A stretch of DNA of 59,467 bases, filler included, from Jimgerdemannia flammicorona (Eukaryota), in the NCBI GenBank assembly GCA_003990765.1. It is 2 parts of 2 records of this genome, joined end to end, with 100 filler letters (N's around TTAATTAATTAA, not from the genome) between each part and the next. Parts side by side here need not be neighbours in the genome. Positions count along the whole stretch, not along the records: positions 1 to 29,692 come from RBNJ01000476.1; 1 more part is not named here. One strand, given 5' to 3'. Numbering within the stretch: position 1 is the stretch's first letter; each line of letters starts with the position of its first letter. The translations under genes and the position numbers were made by a program. Below the pieces are notes generated by a model that was not told the origin of the DNA, did not search any database, and worked only from the letters and a program-made list of their open reading frames with translations. This document shows positions 1-13,899 of the stretch, in pieces.

Positions 1-205
1 TGGGTTGGAGAGCAGGATCTTGGACTGGTGGCCTTATTGTACAAAGAAAAGGAAGAAGAGAGGATTGAAAGAACTGGAGGTTGATCATGCTGCTGGATGT
101 AGACAGGAAGATGGTGACTAAGATGATTGTCACAAGATTACAGAGGGTTGCTCAATAGGTATTGGGTGAGGAGCAGCAGGGCTTTGTGAGAGGTAGACTT
201 ATCAG
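1..205 (+). mobile_element. L1/Tx1-like LINE (family A) RT fragment, cut by window start and by the next LINE copy
   Basis: Translates to GLVALLYKEK..KNWRLIMLLDVDRKMVTK..EQQGFVRGRLIR, the start of an L1-type RT; same sequence as copies at 11050, 34150 and 57380. Confidence 0.85.
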
Positions 206-3128
206 GCCTAGGTCTATAATATACCATACCCACCCCTACCCAATCCCCCTAGGGGGCCTCAAGCATGTCTCCAATTACCTCTTCATCAGTACCCCCTTCC
301 TCCTCACTCCACAGACCCCTCCATCTTTCCTTTAGTACTCTCAAGATCTGTTATATACTATGCACCATATCACCCTTGGCATCTAAGACTCCATCTCATC
401 AATATCTTATCCTCCTAGCTTAGAGGAGCCTAGACAAGTATCTAGTGGGCTGCTCTCTCTCCTCAAGCCCCTGCCACTGTAGTCTGGCAGCCATTCCTTT
501 CATATGAATCTCCTCCTCTGCTCTCAATATTTGTTGCAGCTCCATTACCTCCAATTTCACCTACTCCAACCTCCAATCCTCCACCTCTTCAGAACAAAGC
601 AACTCAGCCTATTCCATCTGCAATCTAAACAGCTTATTAGAAGCACACTGTACTTGCCTCCTTCTCTGCCTTCCAGTCTCCCTACCAGCTCCTCCCCAAT
701 AAACCTTTACAGCCTCCTTCAACCTCAATCACTGGATACCCACAGATAAACCCTCATATATCCAGTTGGCAATCTTCACTTGGATGTCCTCTACCCATGG
801 GTCTCACAACCCCTTCTTGGCCAGTAGAGAGGAGTTAAGGTGCCAATGTCTGGGTCTATCTCCACTTCCCCCAAACTGTTTCTGCCCCAATAGCCCCCAG
901 TGATTGGACCAAGGGCACCACTCTACCTCTAGAGTTCTCCAAACATCAGCACCCCAATATTTGACCATTAAAATTCAGTCAATCCTCATACCCAGTCCAT
1001 TCACCCAGTATATATAGACCCTCCTGTCACCCTACTGTATTCTGCCCATATCTCCTAAGGAGCTAAAGTTCTCCACCTCCTCCCACTTATCCAGACTACC
1101 ACTCCTCCTACCTGCACTCCTCCCTCCATCAGTTCAATCCAGCTGTGGATCTCTCACTATATTTAAGTCACCCCCCAGAACATTAATACCTTCTTTCAAG
1201 AAAACACCCTCCTCCAACAGATCCCTAATCCACTCAATCTGCTCACCCCTAACTGTAGAGCAGTAGCAGGAGCCAATCTACACTGATTCCCATCCAGGTT
1301 GATGTCATTCTCCCTAGACCAAATGGTCACCCCAGCTCTGAATCCTGCCCAATTCTCCTCTACCCTTCCTCACCAGAATTGCCACTTTGCCATTCTAAGT
1401 GGTAGCTCCTCCCCATTCTCTAGTCCATTCTACCTGATCTACCTCCTCCTCATACCATATATCTTGCAGTAAAAAGAGATCAGCCTCCAGTCTCTTAAGC
1501 CAAGTAAAAATGTTTTTACACCACCCAGAACCTCTTAACCCATTCACATTCAGAGAGAAAATATTAGTTGTACTATTCATAAGAAATAATGTTGATTATC
1601 AAACTCATTCTTTACAATTCTGCAATCAACTCCTCCTGTACCAAATCCAAGTTATATTCTATAGCCAGTTCCTTTTCTTCTGCTGCCTGTGCCTCCAACC
1701 CAACCAGAAGTTCAGCCATTGCCCCATCCTCTTTCTTCTCAAAGTCCTCACAATACTCCAGGCATGCCTCCTGCCAGAGTTGCAACCCATGATGCTCTGC
1801 TCAACAGTAGGTTGTATGCTCACCAGCAATGATCACCAGCTCTGCCTCTCTCTCCTTATCTACCTCATATTCCTTCTCCTCTAGGAGGATCACAAGTATC
1901 TCTACCTTCAGTGCCATCCCTGGGCCCTCTCCCACTGCCCCTTATTTACTCAAATCCACTTCCTATCCACCACCTCTAAATGTATTGACTCTATAAAGGC
2001 CTTCCAAGCTATTGCCTGCTGCTTCACTGTACTACTCAGCTCTTTCAGTGTCTCTAATAAGTCCTCTTCCTCCTCCTCACTCTCCTTCACCCTCATCACC
2101 TTGCACAAGATTGCCCCTCTGACCATCTCCAAAGGCCAGTCCCTTGCCTTTCTAGTAGCTTTCTTCCCTACTAACCAAATTCTGATATCAATATCTCCAG
2201 TCCAGAATGAGGTCTCTTCCCAGATATGGAATCCAACATCCACTACCTTTCTATACTCAGCCATAACCTCTTTGACTCTTCTCCTTGTCTCTGCCACCAT
2301 CACTATGGGCACTCCTTTCACCAGCAGTTATACCACTCTGGGGTCCCATTTCAGACAATGTGCCATCAGAATACATACCTCCTCAATAGTTAGTCCCACT
2401 TTCAGTACCTCCTCCAAAGGTCCAGCCTCCTCAAAGCCCACCTCTACTCTCTCCAAACCCTTCAGAAACTTCACCAATGCTGCCCCAGCTATCTGCTTAG
2501 TGATTAGCCCCAGCATCATTTTCGCCATCATTGCTAGACCCCAGAAGCACAAAGTAACCACAAACTCTGAGATTGACTTCTTGAGTAATGGGGCCACCAC
2601 TAAGCCCATCACACTATCTGCTAAATTCCTCTGCCATCTAAGCCCCATCTTCTCAGCCCCACTATCAGTAGTTATATCTGGATTTTTTTCCAGATTGGTA
2701 GTCTCATTACTACCAGCCATCACATTCACTCTAGCCATTACACCCCCAGTACCACTACCCTCATTGCTAAGGGCTACTCTCTCCTATACTGCTATCTTCT
2801 CCATCTCCTTGCCTTTCTTCAGCCAGCCCTCTAGCCCAGATACCTGCTGTCTCTCCTTCACCATCTCTATAAAGCTCACTCTTCTTGACCCCTGTCCTCT
2901 ACCACTGCTTCCTCTCCTCCTGCATCCTCCCACCAGCAGTCCTCTCATATTTCCCCCCAGGCCAGAGCCCCTCCCCACATACTGTCAGTCAAATGTACTT
3001 GGGTCACCCTGCCCAGTACATACCTCAGGTTATCTGTTGGTTGCTATGTTGCTAGTCTCTTTTCTTCAAAAATAATATTATAAGTACTTTCCAAAGATTG
3101 TATAACCTGAATAGTACTGGAGAGAGAT
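206..3128 (-). mobile_element. L1/Tx1-like LINE copy A, internally deleted (ORF1 + APE endonuclease, most of RT lost)
   Basis: ORF2 start MNSTTNIFSLNVNGLRG..LFLLQD (1395-1580, APE motif I); ORF1 pieces 1950-2978; family 5' signature ccagtactattcaggttatac near 3100-3125; a 3'-end-like piece at ~206-260 is fused to the EN/RT linker. Confidence 0.85.
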
Positions 3129-5952
3129 CTTATCCACATTAGTGAGATGAGTAGTTACTAGTACCATATTCCTTAGAAAATGGTCCAGACAGATTGCCTG
3201 CTAGTTATAGGACATACTATTATGATTTATGAACTAGAACCTCATGAGCAGTCATTATATTTTACTTCTCTTATATAAGTTCATAGTACTTCTTGAGTCT
3301 GTTCTTATATATCATAGTAGACAGTATAGTTTCTGAGAGGTTTCTAAGCCAGAAGATAGTTCCCTTGATATCTTGTATATAGAAGAGTTCTTCTCATTTG
3401 GGCTCCAGTTTTCATGACCATGAGGCTTCTACTATATTTCAATATAGTAGGACCTTTTCTCTAATTTAAATGGGTTCTAGGATCTTGTAATTCTTTTCTA
3501 CATTCTTTCTTATTAGTATGTATGACTTGATGATGTAATCTTCTGTCTTCTTTCTGATTTGGTGTAATCTCCAGATTTCTGAGTCAATCTATTACCAAGT
3601 TAGATCTAGATTTATAGCTGAGGTTTCATCAGAATCTTCTTCTCTGAAGAGCAGTTCTCTTGAGATAAAGTATATACTCTGTGACTATATATCTCATAGG
3701 ACAGAGAGAGCAGTTGAGAGATAGTTATCCCAATTCTCATATGTATCTGAGATCTTAGCCAGGATGTTCTTGAGAGTCTTGTTTGTTCTTTCTATCTGTC
3801 TATTTCCTTGAGAGTGATATGCAGTAGTCTTGATATACTGAATCTTGTATTTCTGATCTTATAGAATCTGTTGACAAATTCTTTACTGTGGTCTGTAGTG
3901 ATTTGCCTTGATGTCTTGTAGCAGCAGATGATTTCTCAGTATAGAAAGTTAGTAATAGAGAGATCATTGGCTTCTTGTAATGCTTCTGCTTCTATCTATT
4001 TGGTAAAGAGATCTACAATAACTATAATATAGTAGTTTTCTGATAGAGTTACTGATAGTGGTCCAATGATATCTATTGCAATATGAAGAAAGAGAATAGA
4101 TTTGATTCTTAATAACCCAGGTGTCTGGTCTTGCTGATCTTGTTTCTGTTTTTAGTACTTATCATACTCTTTGATAAATTGGTATAGGTCTTCTTCTATC
4201 TTAGACCACTACATAGTTCTTCTTATCTTATCATATTTATTGGTTCCTCCTAGGTGTTCTTGTTCATACACCTTCTTCATTACTTGATACTTCTTATATT
4301 TGGGTATGACAAGCTTTCCTCCTTTTCTGAGTATGGTGTTATGTAGTTCAAATTGTTTCCAAATTCAGTTGATGATAGTGATAGTCCAGAGTTCAAGGTG
4401 GTTGGACATCTTCTACTGCCCAAGGTAGCTGATTAATCTATAGTATAGCTCCTTATTCATATTGAATAGTCTTGATGAAGATATCCTTGAAAGTGTATCA
4501 ACATTGGCATTAGTTCTTTCTGGACAGTACAGTCATACTCTTGTAGTTTGTAGATCTATCTAGCATATATTCCTTTAGAGTTCAGAGTGTAGAATAGCCA
4601 GATGAGAGCAGAATGGTCTGTTTGAATGGTGAAGTACTTCCTGGCTAGATAGTAGTGGAACTTGTCTACTGCTCAGACTACTATTAAGCATTCAAGCTTG
4701 TATGACTTGTAGTTCTGTTCTACTCTGTAGATACCTCAGCTTGTATAGGAGATAACATATTTGTATTTATCTTTCTTTTGAGCTAGCACTGCTCTAAGTC
4801 CTATAGTACTTACATCTGTCTGCAGGATGAACTCTAGGTTCCAGTCTGGTCTTTTGAGAATGGGTGCTTAGGTCAACTTGGTCTTGAGTTCATTGAAGGT
4901 TTCTTGATATTCCTTGGTCCATGTAAACTTGATCTTCTTCTTCAGTAGCTCATAGATATATGCTATAATATTAGAGTATCTTTTGATAAATATTCTATAG
5001 TAGGAGACCAGTCTGAGGAAGGCATAGACTTCTGTAGTTGTTCTAGGTCTTGGGTAGGCTGTAACAGCCTCAATCTTCATAGAGTCTATATGAATTTCAG
5101 TCTGGTTTGATGATGTGTCCTAAGTAGGTGATTTCTTGAGCTATAAACTTATACTTCTTGGACTTGATGTAGAGGTCATGCTCCTTGAGCTTCTTGAGAG
5201 CTAGCTATATGTGGTTGATATATTTCTGTGCAGTATTGCTGAAGATATTCATATTATTAATATAGATAAAAAGCTATTTTCCAATTTCATTACTGAAGAC
5301 TCTATTCATCATTTGCTGAAAACTTGCTAGGGCATTGTATATTCCAAATGGTATTCATAGGGACATAGGTGGTATTAGGTATGATAAAGGCTGATTTCTC
5401 ACTGGTATCTTGAGTGAGACCAATCTGATGGAAGCCTGAGAACAGATCTAAGATAGTGTAGTATTTGGCTTTACTTTCAAGAGTAGTAAGGATTTCTTGA
5501 ATATTTGGCAAGGGCTACATATTCTATTTGGTGATTGTATTGAGCTTTCTATAATCAATACAGAGTCTTAGAGTAAACTCTCCAGACTTACTTTCTTTCT
5601 TTAGGGTGAGAATAATGAGTGAAGACAAGGGGCTGATAGCTTGCTTAATGACACTAGCTTCTTCCATTTCCTTGAGTTCTGCTCACAGCCATTCTCTATA
5701 GACAGGTGGTATGGGTCTGGCTTTCTGGTAGATGGGCTTAGTATTACTAATATCAACTTCATAGTAGTGCTTGAGTTCTTGATTGTAGATGTCCCTAAAG
5801 TCTGTGGTGAGTACTTTTTAATTCTGGTGCAGGATCTTGAGAAGTTGTTCTTCTAGAGAAAAGTTTTCTCCAATAGTATATATGTGCTTGTTCTGATCCT
5901 TATTTTTCTTGTACTCAAGTTCAGTAATCTTAGTAATAGTATAGGCTCCTCT

Positions 5953-6370
5953 TCCAGTAGATCCAAAGCCTTATTCTTCTCTCTTAGTCTTGATAAGTTC
6001 AATGGCTTCAGTAATCTTAGGCTTCTTAACTTCATAAATCAGCATCTGGTCAATTCTGTCATGCTTCTTAACTTTAAATGAAGTGATGGAGTTGTAATTC
6101 CTGACTATAAGAAAGATCTCACCAGTATAATCAGGGTCAATGACTCCTTCTTTAACTGAGATTTCACTCTTGGCCAGACTGCTTCTGATCTTGATAATTC
6201 TGACATAGTTTTCTGGTAACTTGACTTCTATTCCAGTGCCAAGTAGAGTGGTGGTCTGTGGTTCAAGGATAGTATCTTGGATGCTGGCAAGGTCTATTCC
6301 TACAGCTTCTTCAGTCTTGTATTCTAGAATCTTGACTTTGGGGTAAAACTTCTTGACCTTGAGAGTAATG
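5953..6370 (-). pseudogene. dUTPase domain inside the gypsy pol, between protease and RT
   Basis: Manual translation: LKVKKFYPKVKILEYKTEEAVGIDLASIQDTILEPQTTTLLGTGIEVKLPENYVRIIKIRSSLAKSEISVKEGVIDPDYTGEIFLIVRN..DRIDQMLI..REE*GFGSTG; all five trimeric dUTPase motifs recognisable. Confidence 0.9.
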
Positions 6371-8565
6371 TCTGGTTCTTGTTTCTCCTCATCATCACTA
6401 TCAGCTTGAAGCTCTAGAGGTTAGTCATCTGCTTTGGCTTTCTTTTTTACTTTAGCTGCTTCTTATACTTTTGTTGACAGATTTTTCTAACTTCACTAAT
6501 ATAGGACTGGCAGTCATTTAGGTGTTCAGAGCAGTATATCCTAGCACCATGAGAGTATCTTCCTTGAGAGGCATAGCTATTGATGATCTTATTATACTAC
6601 TGCTCATCGGTGAGCTTGATTGTCTTGCTCTTATTTTTATATACTGAGTACATAAAGACTTCTGTATCCTCTTCATCTTCTTCCTCCATGTCTGGTAGTA
6701 CTTCTTTGTGGACATTGATAGAGACTTATACATTTCTTTCTCTATAGTTGATCTACATCTTCTGGGTATTGAGGTCAATGACTGCTTTGGCCTTGTGAAG
6801 CCATTAATTACCAATAAGGATGTCATAGTTGATAGTACTAATAATGATCACATCTACTGAGATAGTAGCTTCTCTGATCTTGATGGAGACTTCTTGGATC
6901 TTACTTAGAGGAGTAGCTCATGTACCATCTATTATAACATAGACCATTCTGGTGGATTCTTCAATATTCCAGCCTAGGTGGTCAATTGTCTTCTTACTTA
7001 TGAGGTATCCTCCAGTACTAGTATCAATGATAGCATCAAAGATATAATCTTCAATCTGACATTAAGTATAGGCTAAGGTCTTGTACTGATCTTCAGATTC
7101 TTCACCTGAGTCTTCTTGTTCATCTTCTTGTATATTGTAAGCTTCTATAATCTTGTACTCTTGGTTCTTGATAGTAGTTATAAGTCTTACTCTCAACTGC
7201 TGTCTGAAGGTAGGGACTTCTGTTAGTTGTCCAAAAGTAGTATTGACCTTCTGTTTCTTGAGATCCTTATAGATATCATACTGATGAACCTTGGTCTTGT
7301 ACAGCTTCTGTTCTTTCTTGCTTTCACTTTTTTCTGAGACTGGAGTAGTGCCTTCAATAATTTGGTAGGCAGCTTCATCTAACTCCATGTCTTGATCAAT
7401 CTCCTCAAGTTGGGTCTTACTTTGAATGGTAATAGTTAGGGTCTTTTTGGTCTTCCAACTGACTTGCTGTTGCCCTTCTTATCATAGGGCTTGGATCAAG
7501 TTCTGGTATCTTCAGTAATAAAGTAGAATTCAGACTCTTTATAGTATTCTTCATCATCAGTATCACTAATCTTCTCAATGACTACTATATTGGTTTGTTC
7601 TCTGGTTCTAATAGCATCACTTGGTTGGGCTCTGTGCCTTGTTTTGGTTATGCAATTCTTTGCATAGTGGCCTTCTTTTCCACATTTGAAGTATATGATA
7701 GTGCATTCTTCTATAGTAGCTGCAAACCTCTGTACTGGTCTTCTGTTGGTACTTTGTACTTCTCTAACAATATCACTAAGATATACAGTCATCTTTGCAA
7801 ACTACTGAGTGAGTTTCTCTACTGAATTGGCTTTGGCTATCTTGGGGGTAGATAGAGATAGTTGTCTGTTGAGGGCTGTAGTGGGTATAATACTGATTGG
7901 CTTTGGTGGCTCTATCTTGATGCTAGTTATCCTTTCTATTAAGTATTCAGTAGGGTGTCTAGCTGTCTAATATCTCTATACAAAGACCACTTTCTGGTCA
8001 AGGGTCAGAGTAGCTAGGGTAGACTTAATTGCTAGGGCAATTTCATAGTAGACTCCTTTTAGAAAGGTTGAATCAGCTATCTATTCCTTGAGGGCATCAT
8101 TATAGTCAGCTAAGACAATCTGGTGGTAGATTTGAGTATAGAATGAGTTGAGATCTTCATTGAGTCCTTGGTAGATAGTATTGAGTTGATCTTTAAGAGC
8201 TTGCTTAATATCTTCAGTATAGTATATAGTTCTGAGGAAGTTCTTTATATTAGTAGGTTTGGCTGCACTATTGTTGGCAATGGTGACTATATTGAACTTG
8301 TCTCTGGCTGGTCCTTTGAGACTGACAGATAGAAGGGCCAATTATGCTTTGATATTGAGAGCTCATATGGCAGCAAATTGTTTAAAGTCTTCAATGAAGA
8401 TCAGGATTGACTCTTCAGTAGTAAATTCATAGAATGTAGGTGGATGTATTTCTATTTTGTCTTAAATTCTTACAGGGGTGACTCTTGTAGTCAGGATAGT
8501 TATTATAGTGATTGTTTATTATTCAGCTTGAAAGTGAGAGATTCTAATGATATTACCAGCCAATA

Positions 8566-9100
8566 GGCACCAAGTTGTCATATAGTGGGTGCTGAGTTCT
8601 CCAAGTATATCAGATTCTCTTTATGATATATCTCTTAGACCAACTATAAGTTTTTTATAAGTAAGTTCTATTGGAGTATCTTCCCAAGGTCTTATAGTTC
8701 TTAAACTTCTTATCTTTAAACTATTTTATTATCTCTTGGATTTACTTACATGGAATTGAGTAGAGGACTGGAACTTTTGTACTCTTGAGTAGTTGGGTAC
8801 TTAAATGCTTGAGTATTTTAATACTAACTTTATTTTAAAGAAAATGAGAGATATTTATACAGAATATAATTTAATAGTTACCAAGATATAAAGCTAAATA
8901 TAATATTTGATAACTAAATAAGATATTTGAATATAGGAAACTTCAAATTGTAAGTATAAATTTGAGTACCTGTATAATTGATTATACAAAATCAGAATGC
9001 TAGAATATTCAAGTGTTCAAACAAATAGTTACACAAACAAATTAGAGTAGAATGTTTAAAATTCTGAGGGCTTCATCTTCATTACTATCATCAAGACTAG
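8566..9100 (-). repeat. 5' LTR (from 8576) and primer-binding site of gypsy element 1
   Basis: Minus strand reads ...tgaca-act-TGGTGCC (LTR end, 3-nt spacer, PBS 8566-8572). TATAAATA followed ~20 nt later by AATAAA (~8830-8860), the same layout as the LTR at 26884. Far end uncertain. Confidence 0.6.
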
Positions 9101-10909
9101 AGGTTGGGGACAGAATGTCTTTGGTCAGCAAACATTTTTATAAGTATTTTATTCATTTTATTTATTTTGCATATATCAATTAGTGGGAAAACATCATTGC
9201 TGATAATGTCATCATGTTTGATAGTAGTGGAAAGGAGATCTAAGGCTCTTCAATCTATGATGTTTTTCTCTACAAAGTAGGGAACAAAGGTGGGATCTTG
9301 AGAGGGTCTGATCTAAATACTAGGGCCTTGAAATACTAAGATTAATTCTTACAGGAATTGATCTAGATTGTCCTAGAGGATGGGATTTCAAAACTTTTCT
9401 ATCTCATCACTTTTGAGAGTATTGGTGAATTGGGCTTTTGTGGTCACCATGACTTCTAGTGCATCTATATAGTAGGCTGACAATTTCTTGAAGTCTAAGA
9501 CTCTAGTATACTCCAAGTTGGGAATTAATCAAGATGTATGCTTAAAGATCTGATGGATCTTTTTGGTTACTCTCAATTTATATATATCTATAAAGATGTC
9601 ATCTTGTATCTCTTGAAGACTGGTCTGAGAGAATTACTGGTAGAGGAGGTTTCTTATTTTATATTTCTATTACATCTCGAAGTATTTGGTAGTAGTAGTG
9701 ATTCTTCTCTTTTATAACAGTAAAGGATAAAGTGGTAAGAGTCACTAATACTCAGGTTAAGACTAGGAATCCTTCTAGTGTAGATCCTTATAGCTCTCCT
9801 GATGTCTTAAAATATCCTTTCCTGAACTGAGAGGCCTTGGTGGTTCCTGAACCTTAAAGTTTGGCAAGTGGCAGATATTTTATTTATAGTGAGTCTTTTG
9901 AACTATATATTTCAGGATTTTGTGAGTTTTGTTTGAGTTACTGCTACTGTAGTTTCTTAGTTCTTCTTTTATATTTCTTAAGATATCTATTTTGTGGTCA
10001 ATATGACTTATAGTTTGTTATCATTACTCATCTTGTAGTCTAGATGAGTCATGTCTTGTGCTCTGATCTAGTAGCTTATAAGAAAAGGCTGTCTTCTGTA
10101 ATGATGTCACCATTCTGAGATCACTATTATAATAGATAGAAGATATAAGTCTGAGACTTTTAGACTTTAAGAGATACTTGAAGATCTTGAGAGAATAGTA
10201 GAACAAAGATTAATAGACTTGAGAAAGAAAGAGTAGAACAAACTAGCTATAGATAATTAAGAAGTCAGATTCTGTCTTTATAAGATAAAGTAAAGAGATC
10301 TTAAAGGTCTGCTTTAGATAGGAAGTATAAGTAAATTGTAGTATAAGAAATTTTGGTATAAAATAATAGAGACCTGACTAATTATAGAGTTAGGATAAAG
10401 AATAATACAGATTCTAAGAAGAAGTAGTAGAGACAGTTACTTCAAGTTGAGAGTAATAGTTTATAGAAGTATTTACTAAAAGAGACAATAGAGTAGATGC
10501 AAGTAGAATCTCTGAAGAGATGACTAGTTAGTTAGTAAAAAGTTGAGATTAGTGAGACTTGTGAGTAAAATAGAATATAATAGTAGATAAATACTTTATA
10601 CAAAGTAATATCTTCTAGATACTAGATAGTATAGTAGTAATTTTTGAAAAAAAATATAATATTGAGTTATAGAACTAATTAGATAGATGTTAAGAGTTAT
10701 GGAGATTATAAATAATATATAAAACTATAAAGAGAGAAGATATAGATACTAAAATATATTTTGGCTAATTGCCTAGAATTAAAAGAATATTAGTGAAGTC
10801 TAAATATATATTAAAACTCTAGAGATAAAAGAGTTAGTAAGATTACTAAGTTGGTAATTAGAAGGAAACTAGTGAAAAAGATTAGCAACTTATAGAGTAG
10901 TATTAGATA

Positions 10910-13223
10910 GATCCAGAGAGTTCTTGCAGCAACTAAGCTTGACATAGTACCAGGAGAGGATAGACTACCTTAGGACTTTTGGAAGAAGATGGTGAGGGTC
11001 CCTGAAGTATTAAGAGAGCTTCTGAATAGTCAGTGGGTGGGAGGGCAGAACCTAGGGCTGATGGCTCTGTTGTATAAGGATAAGAGGAAAAGAGAGGATT
11101 GGAAGAACTGGAGACTAATCATACTTCTGGATATAGACAAGAAGATAGTTACTAAGATGATTATAGTGAGATTATAGAAAGTTGTCTGACAGGTATTGGG
11201 TGAGAAGTAGTGGGGTTTTGTTGGAGATAGACTTATCTGAGATGGGATGGTCTGGGTCCATGGCATTATTAAAGAGGTACAGACTAGTGGATTAGATAGG
11301 AGACTGGTCTTTTTGGACTAGGAGAAGGCCTATAACCATGTTCAGCAAGTGTGGCTGGGCAAGATGCTGGACAGAATAAGAGTTCTCCTACTATTTCAAG
11401 CTTCTATATTGAATCTGTTAGAGGGTAGTAGGGCAGTACTGATGTATAATGACTACTAGAGTATGGTGTTTCTCTTAGGGAGAGAAGTTCCATAGTGTGA
11501 TCCACTGTCTCCTATTCTATATACTTTTTCATTAGAACCTTTAATAGATAGAATTTAGCACAAGGTAGTAGGGCTTGCTATTTATAGTATAGTATAGAAG
11601 GTAGGGGCCTTTGCAGATGACATGGTAGTTGAACTTAGATTAGTGGCAGATATTGAGACTCTTAAGGAGATGGTAAAATGATATAAGACACACTCTGGAG
11701 CAAAACTCAACTGGTATAAGTATGAGACAACAGTGTTGGAAAATGGATTAGTGAGAGGAGATATCATTGGAATAATTGTCTCAGCAGGAGAGGCAGTGAG
11801 GTATCTGGGTATCTTCCTTTCAGTATATGGATCTGTCTTACTACAGGTATGATGGAAGAGGGGGGTGGCCATCTGGAGGGAGGTACTTAGAGATTGGAGA
11901 GGTTGCCACATCTCTCTGGCAGGCCAGGTATCAATTCTGAATGTCTATTGATTCCCTAAGCTATGGTATATTACCTATTACTTAAACTTTCCAACTTGGG
12001 TGATAGAGACTGATGAAGCTAGCTAGGAATTGGATTTGAGCTGAGAGGTGGTCTCAGATTAGTTGGGATACCCTTTCAATGTCAGTAGTTCAAGGAGGAC
12101 TAGGACTGGTGGATTTTTCTAAGAGACTGTACTGTCTGAGAGCTTGGTGGTTGAAGCAGACTGTAGAACTGAGGGGAGGAAGATGAGTGCTACTGATACA
12201 GAAGGTGTGGGAGATGAGATTCACTCCAAGAGGGTCTTCAGGGGATTTGCTATCTCTGGTAGACCTGAGTGAAAGCCATTAGCTATGGTATAAAGGCTTC
12301 TGGTAGGGGGTAGTAGATAGAGCACACTGCATAAACTTATGCTGGTATGGTAATAAAGGAGAGATACTGTGGGAACCAGCTATATGGAGATAGGACAGAC
12401 TACTTTTGGAGGGCACTCCACTTATTGAGTTTGATATTAGTGATAGATTGGAGTATCAGCAGAAACTCAGTCAGGATCTTAGACCCAGCAATTGGCAAGC
12501 AGTGAGAATTGGTGAGAAGTGAGATTGGGAAGGAGTCTGGATATAGAGTACTGAGGTACAAAGGTAGCTTTCTCTTAAGTTCTGGATAGTATGATGGAGG
12601 ATACTAAGGAGGAATGTTATGTTGAATTTCTATGCTGGGTATCTGATGGATGATGGCCTACTAGAATATAAAGAGTACTATAATGTAAGATAAGTTGGGG
12701 AATTTATGCAGACATCAGAATATTGGCTGAGAGAGTGTGAGGTTTTGGGGGACTTTTAGATAGTAGTAGGAGATTGGCTGGGTATGAAGAGACAACTAGA
12801 TAGAGAGAGAGGTTGCTGGGAAGATTTGAGAACTAGGTTAGTGAGAGGGGTGAGTAATGAATAGCTTACTATAGGGTGGATTTTAGCTGTATAGATAGAA
12901 CTGGCTAGACATTGGCTCTTTGTTTTTAAGGAGAGAAGACAGCTGGGTTTGTAGGAGAAGTTGTTAAGATAGAAGGAGTTAATGAAAGATATACTGACAG
13001 GGTAGTGAGTTGGATGGAGTCCCTAGAGTAAGCATTACTGCTATTTAGTAGAAAAGATTTATAAACTGAGTAGTAGGCAGGTGGAGGTAATTAATGACCT
13101 AGTGATCTTTAATTGAGAGGGTGTGGGAGAGAGAGACTCCCCTAGAGAGATTAGGTAGTAGTGGACTCAGTATATTATATATGAGATAGATAGATGTATT
13201 AATAAAGAAAGAAATCCAAAAGA

Positions 13224-13291
<68 letters not shown>
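10910..13291 (+). mobile_element. L1/Tx1-like LINE copy C, 5'-truncated, with poly-A tail and 12-bp TSD
   Basis: RT motifs PGED.LP.DFWKK, LD.EKAY, DPLSP, AFADD (~11610), YLG; poly-A 13226-13291; TAGTATTAGATA at 10898-10909 and 13292-13303. Confidence 0.9.
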
Positions 13292-13293
<2 letters not shown>

Positions 13294-13794
13294 GTATTAG
13301 ATAAATTCTTAGAGTTAAGTATTGTCTAAAAGTAAGACAGTAAGATAATGAAGAGAAAAGAAAATAAAATGGCTTAAAAGAGTGGTTAATAAAGAGTATT
13401 AGTAATAAGTAACTCACTATTAAGTGAATATTGATAGTATAGATAAGACTGACTAAATATTAATTATATATATTAAAAATAAAAAATAGATAGTATTGGG
13501 AAAAAGAATAATAAGATAAAAGAGATTGATAGTGAATATTCTATCAGACTGATGGAGAGAGTAGAGCTCTCAAGGAAATTACTATTAATAATTAGTAAAA
13601 AAGATATATAAGAGAAATAATAGACAAATTGAGGTAGTTAACAATCTGGTAGTTTTTAAGAGAATAAAGATAAATAAGAGAGAGTATATTAAAGTAAAAT
13701 AAAGTGAGATAAAGTTAGATTAGAACTATCAATATAATATGAGAACTATATATTTATTATAGATTAGGTAATAAAGAGACCTAATGCTTATGAG

Positions 13795-13810
13795 AAAAAA
13801 CAAAAAAAAA

Positions 13811-13897
<87 letters not shown>
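13795..13897. repeat. ~100-nt poly-A tract
   Basis: Homopolymer with two C interruptions; probably a retrotransposon tail or an expanded homopolymer. Confidence 0.9.

Positions 13898-13899
<2 letters not shown>

Larger units (their letters stand above)
3130..9100 (-). mobile_element. Ty3/gypsy LTR retrotransposon, decayed (gag-PR-dUTPase-RT-RNaseH-IN)
   Basis: Minus-strand order: gag (~8500-7500, zinc knuckle FKCGKEGHYAKNC), protease AIIDT..(~7060-6800), dUTPase, RT (LCIDYRKLN; LDLFSGFHQI; YINN for YIDD at ~5260), RNase H, integrase with decayed GPF-like motif (~3380). Many stops. Outer boundary approximate; 3' LTR not seen. Confidence 0.9.

Noticed and set aside
2101..3075. Long antisense ORFs over LINE ORF1 (324 aa; also 25184-25990, 24159-24878, 30065-30598)
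   Set aside because: Shadow frames caused by the strong purine bias of the sense strand; Ser/Pro/Leu-rich with no domain. Not proven non-functional, but no positive evidence
13199..13417. Poly-Phe ORFs (also 14261-14509, 52609-52837)
   Set aside because: Artefacts of poly-A tails and TTTTA microsatellites
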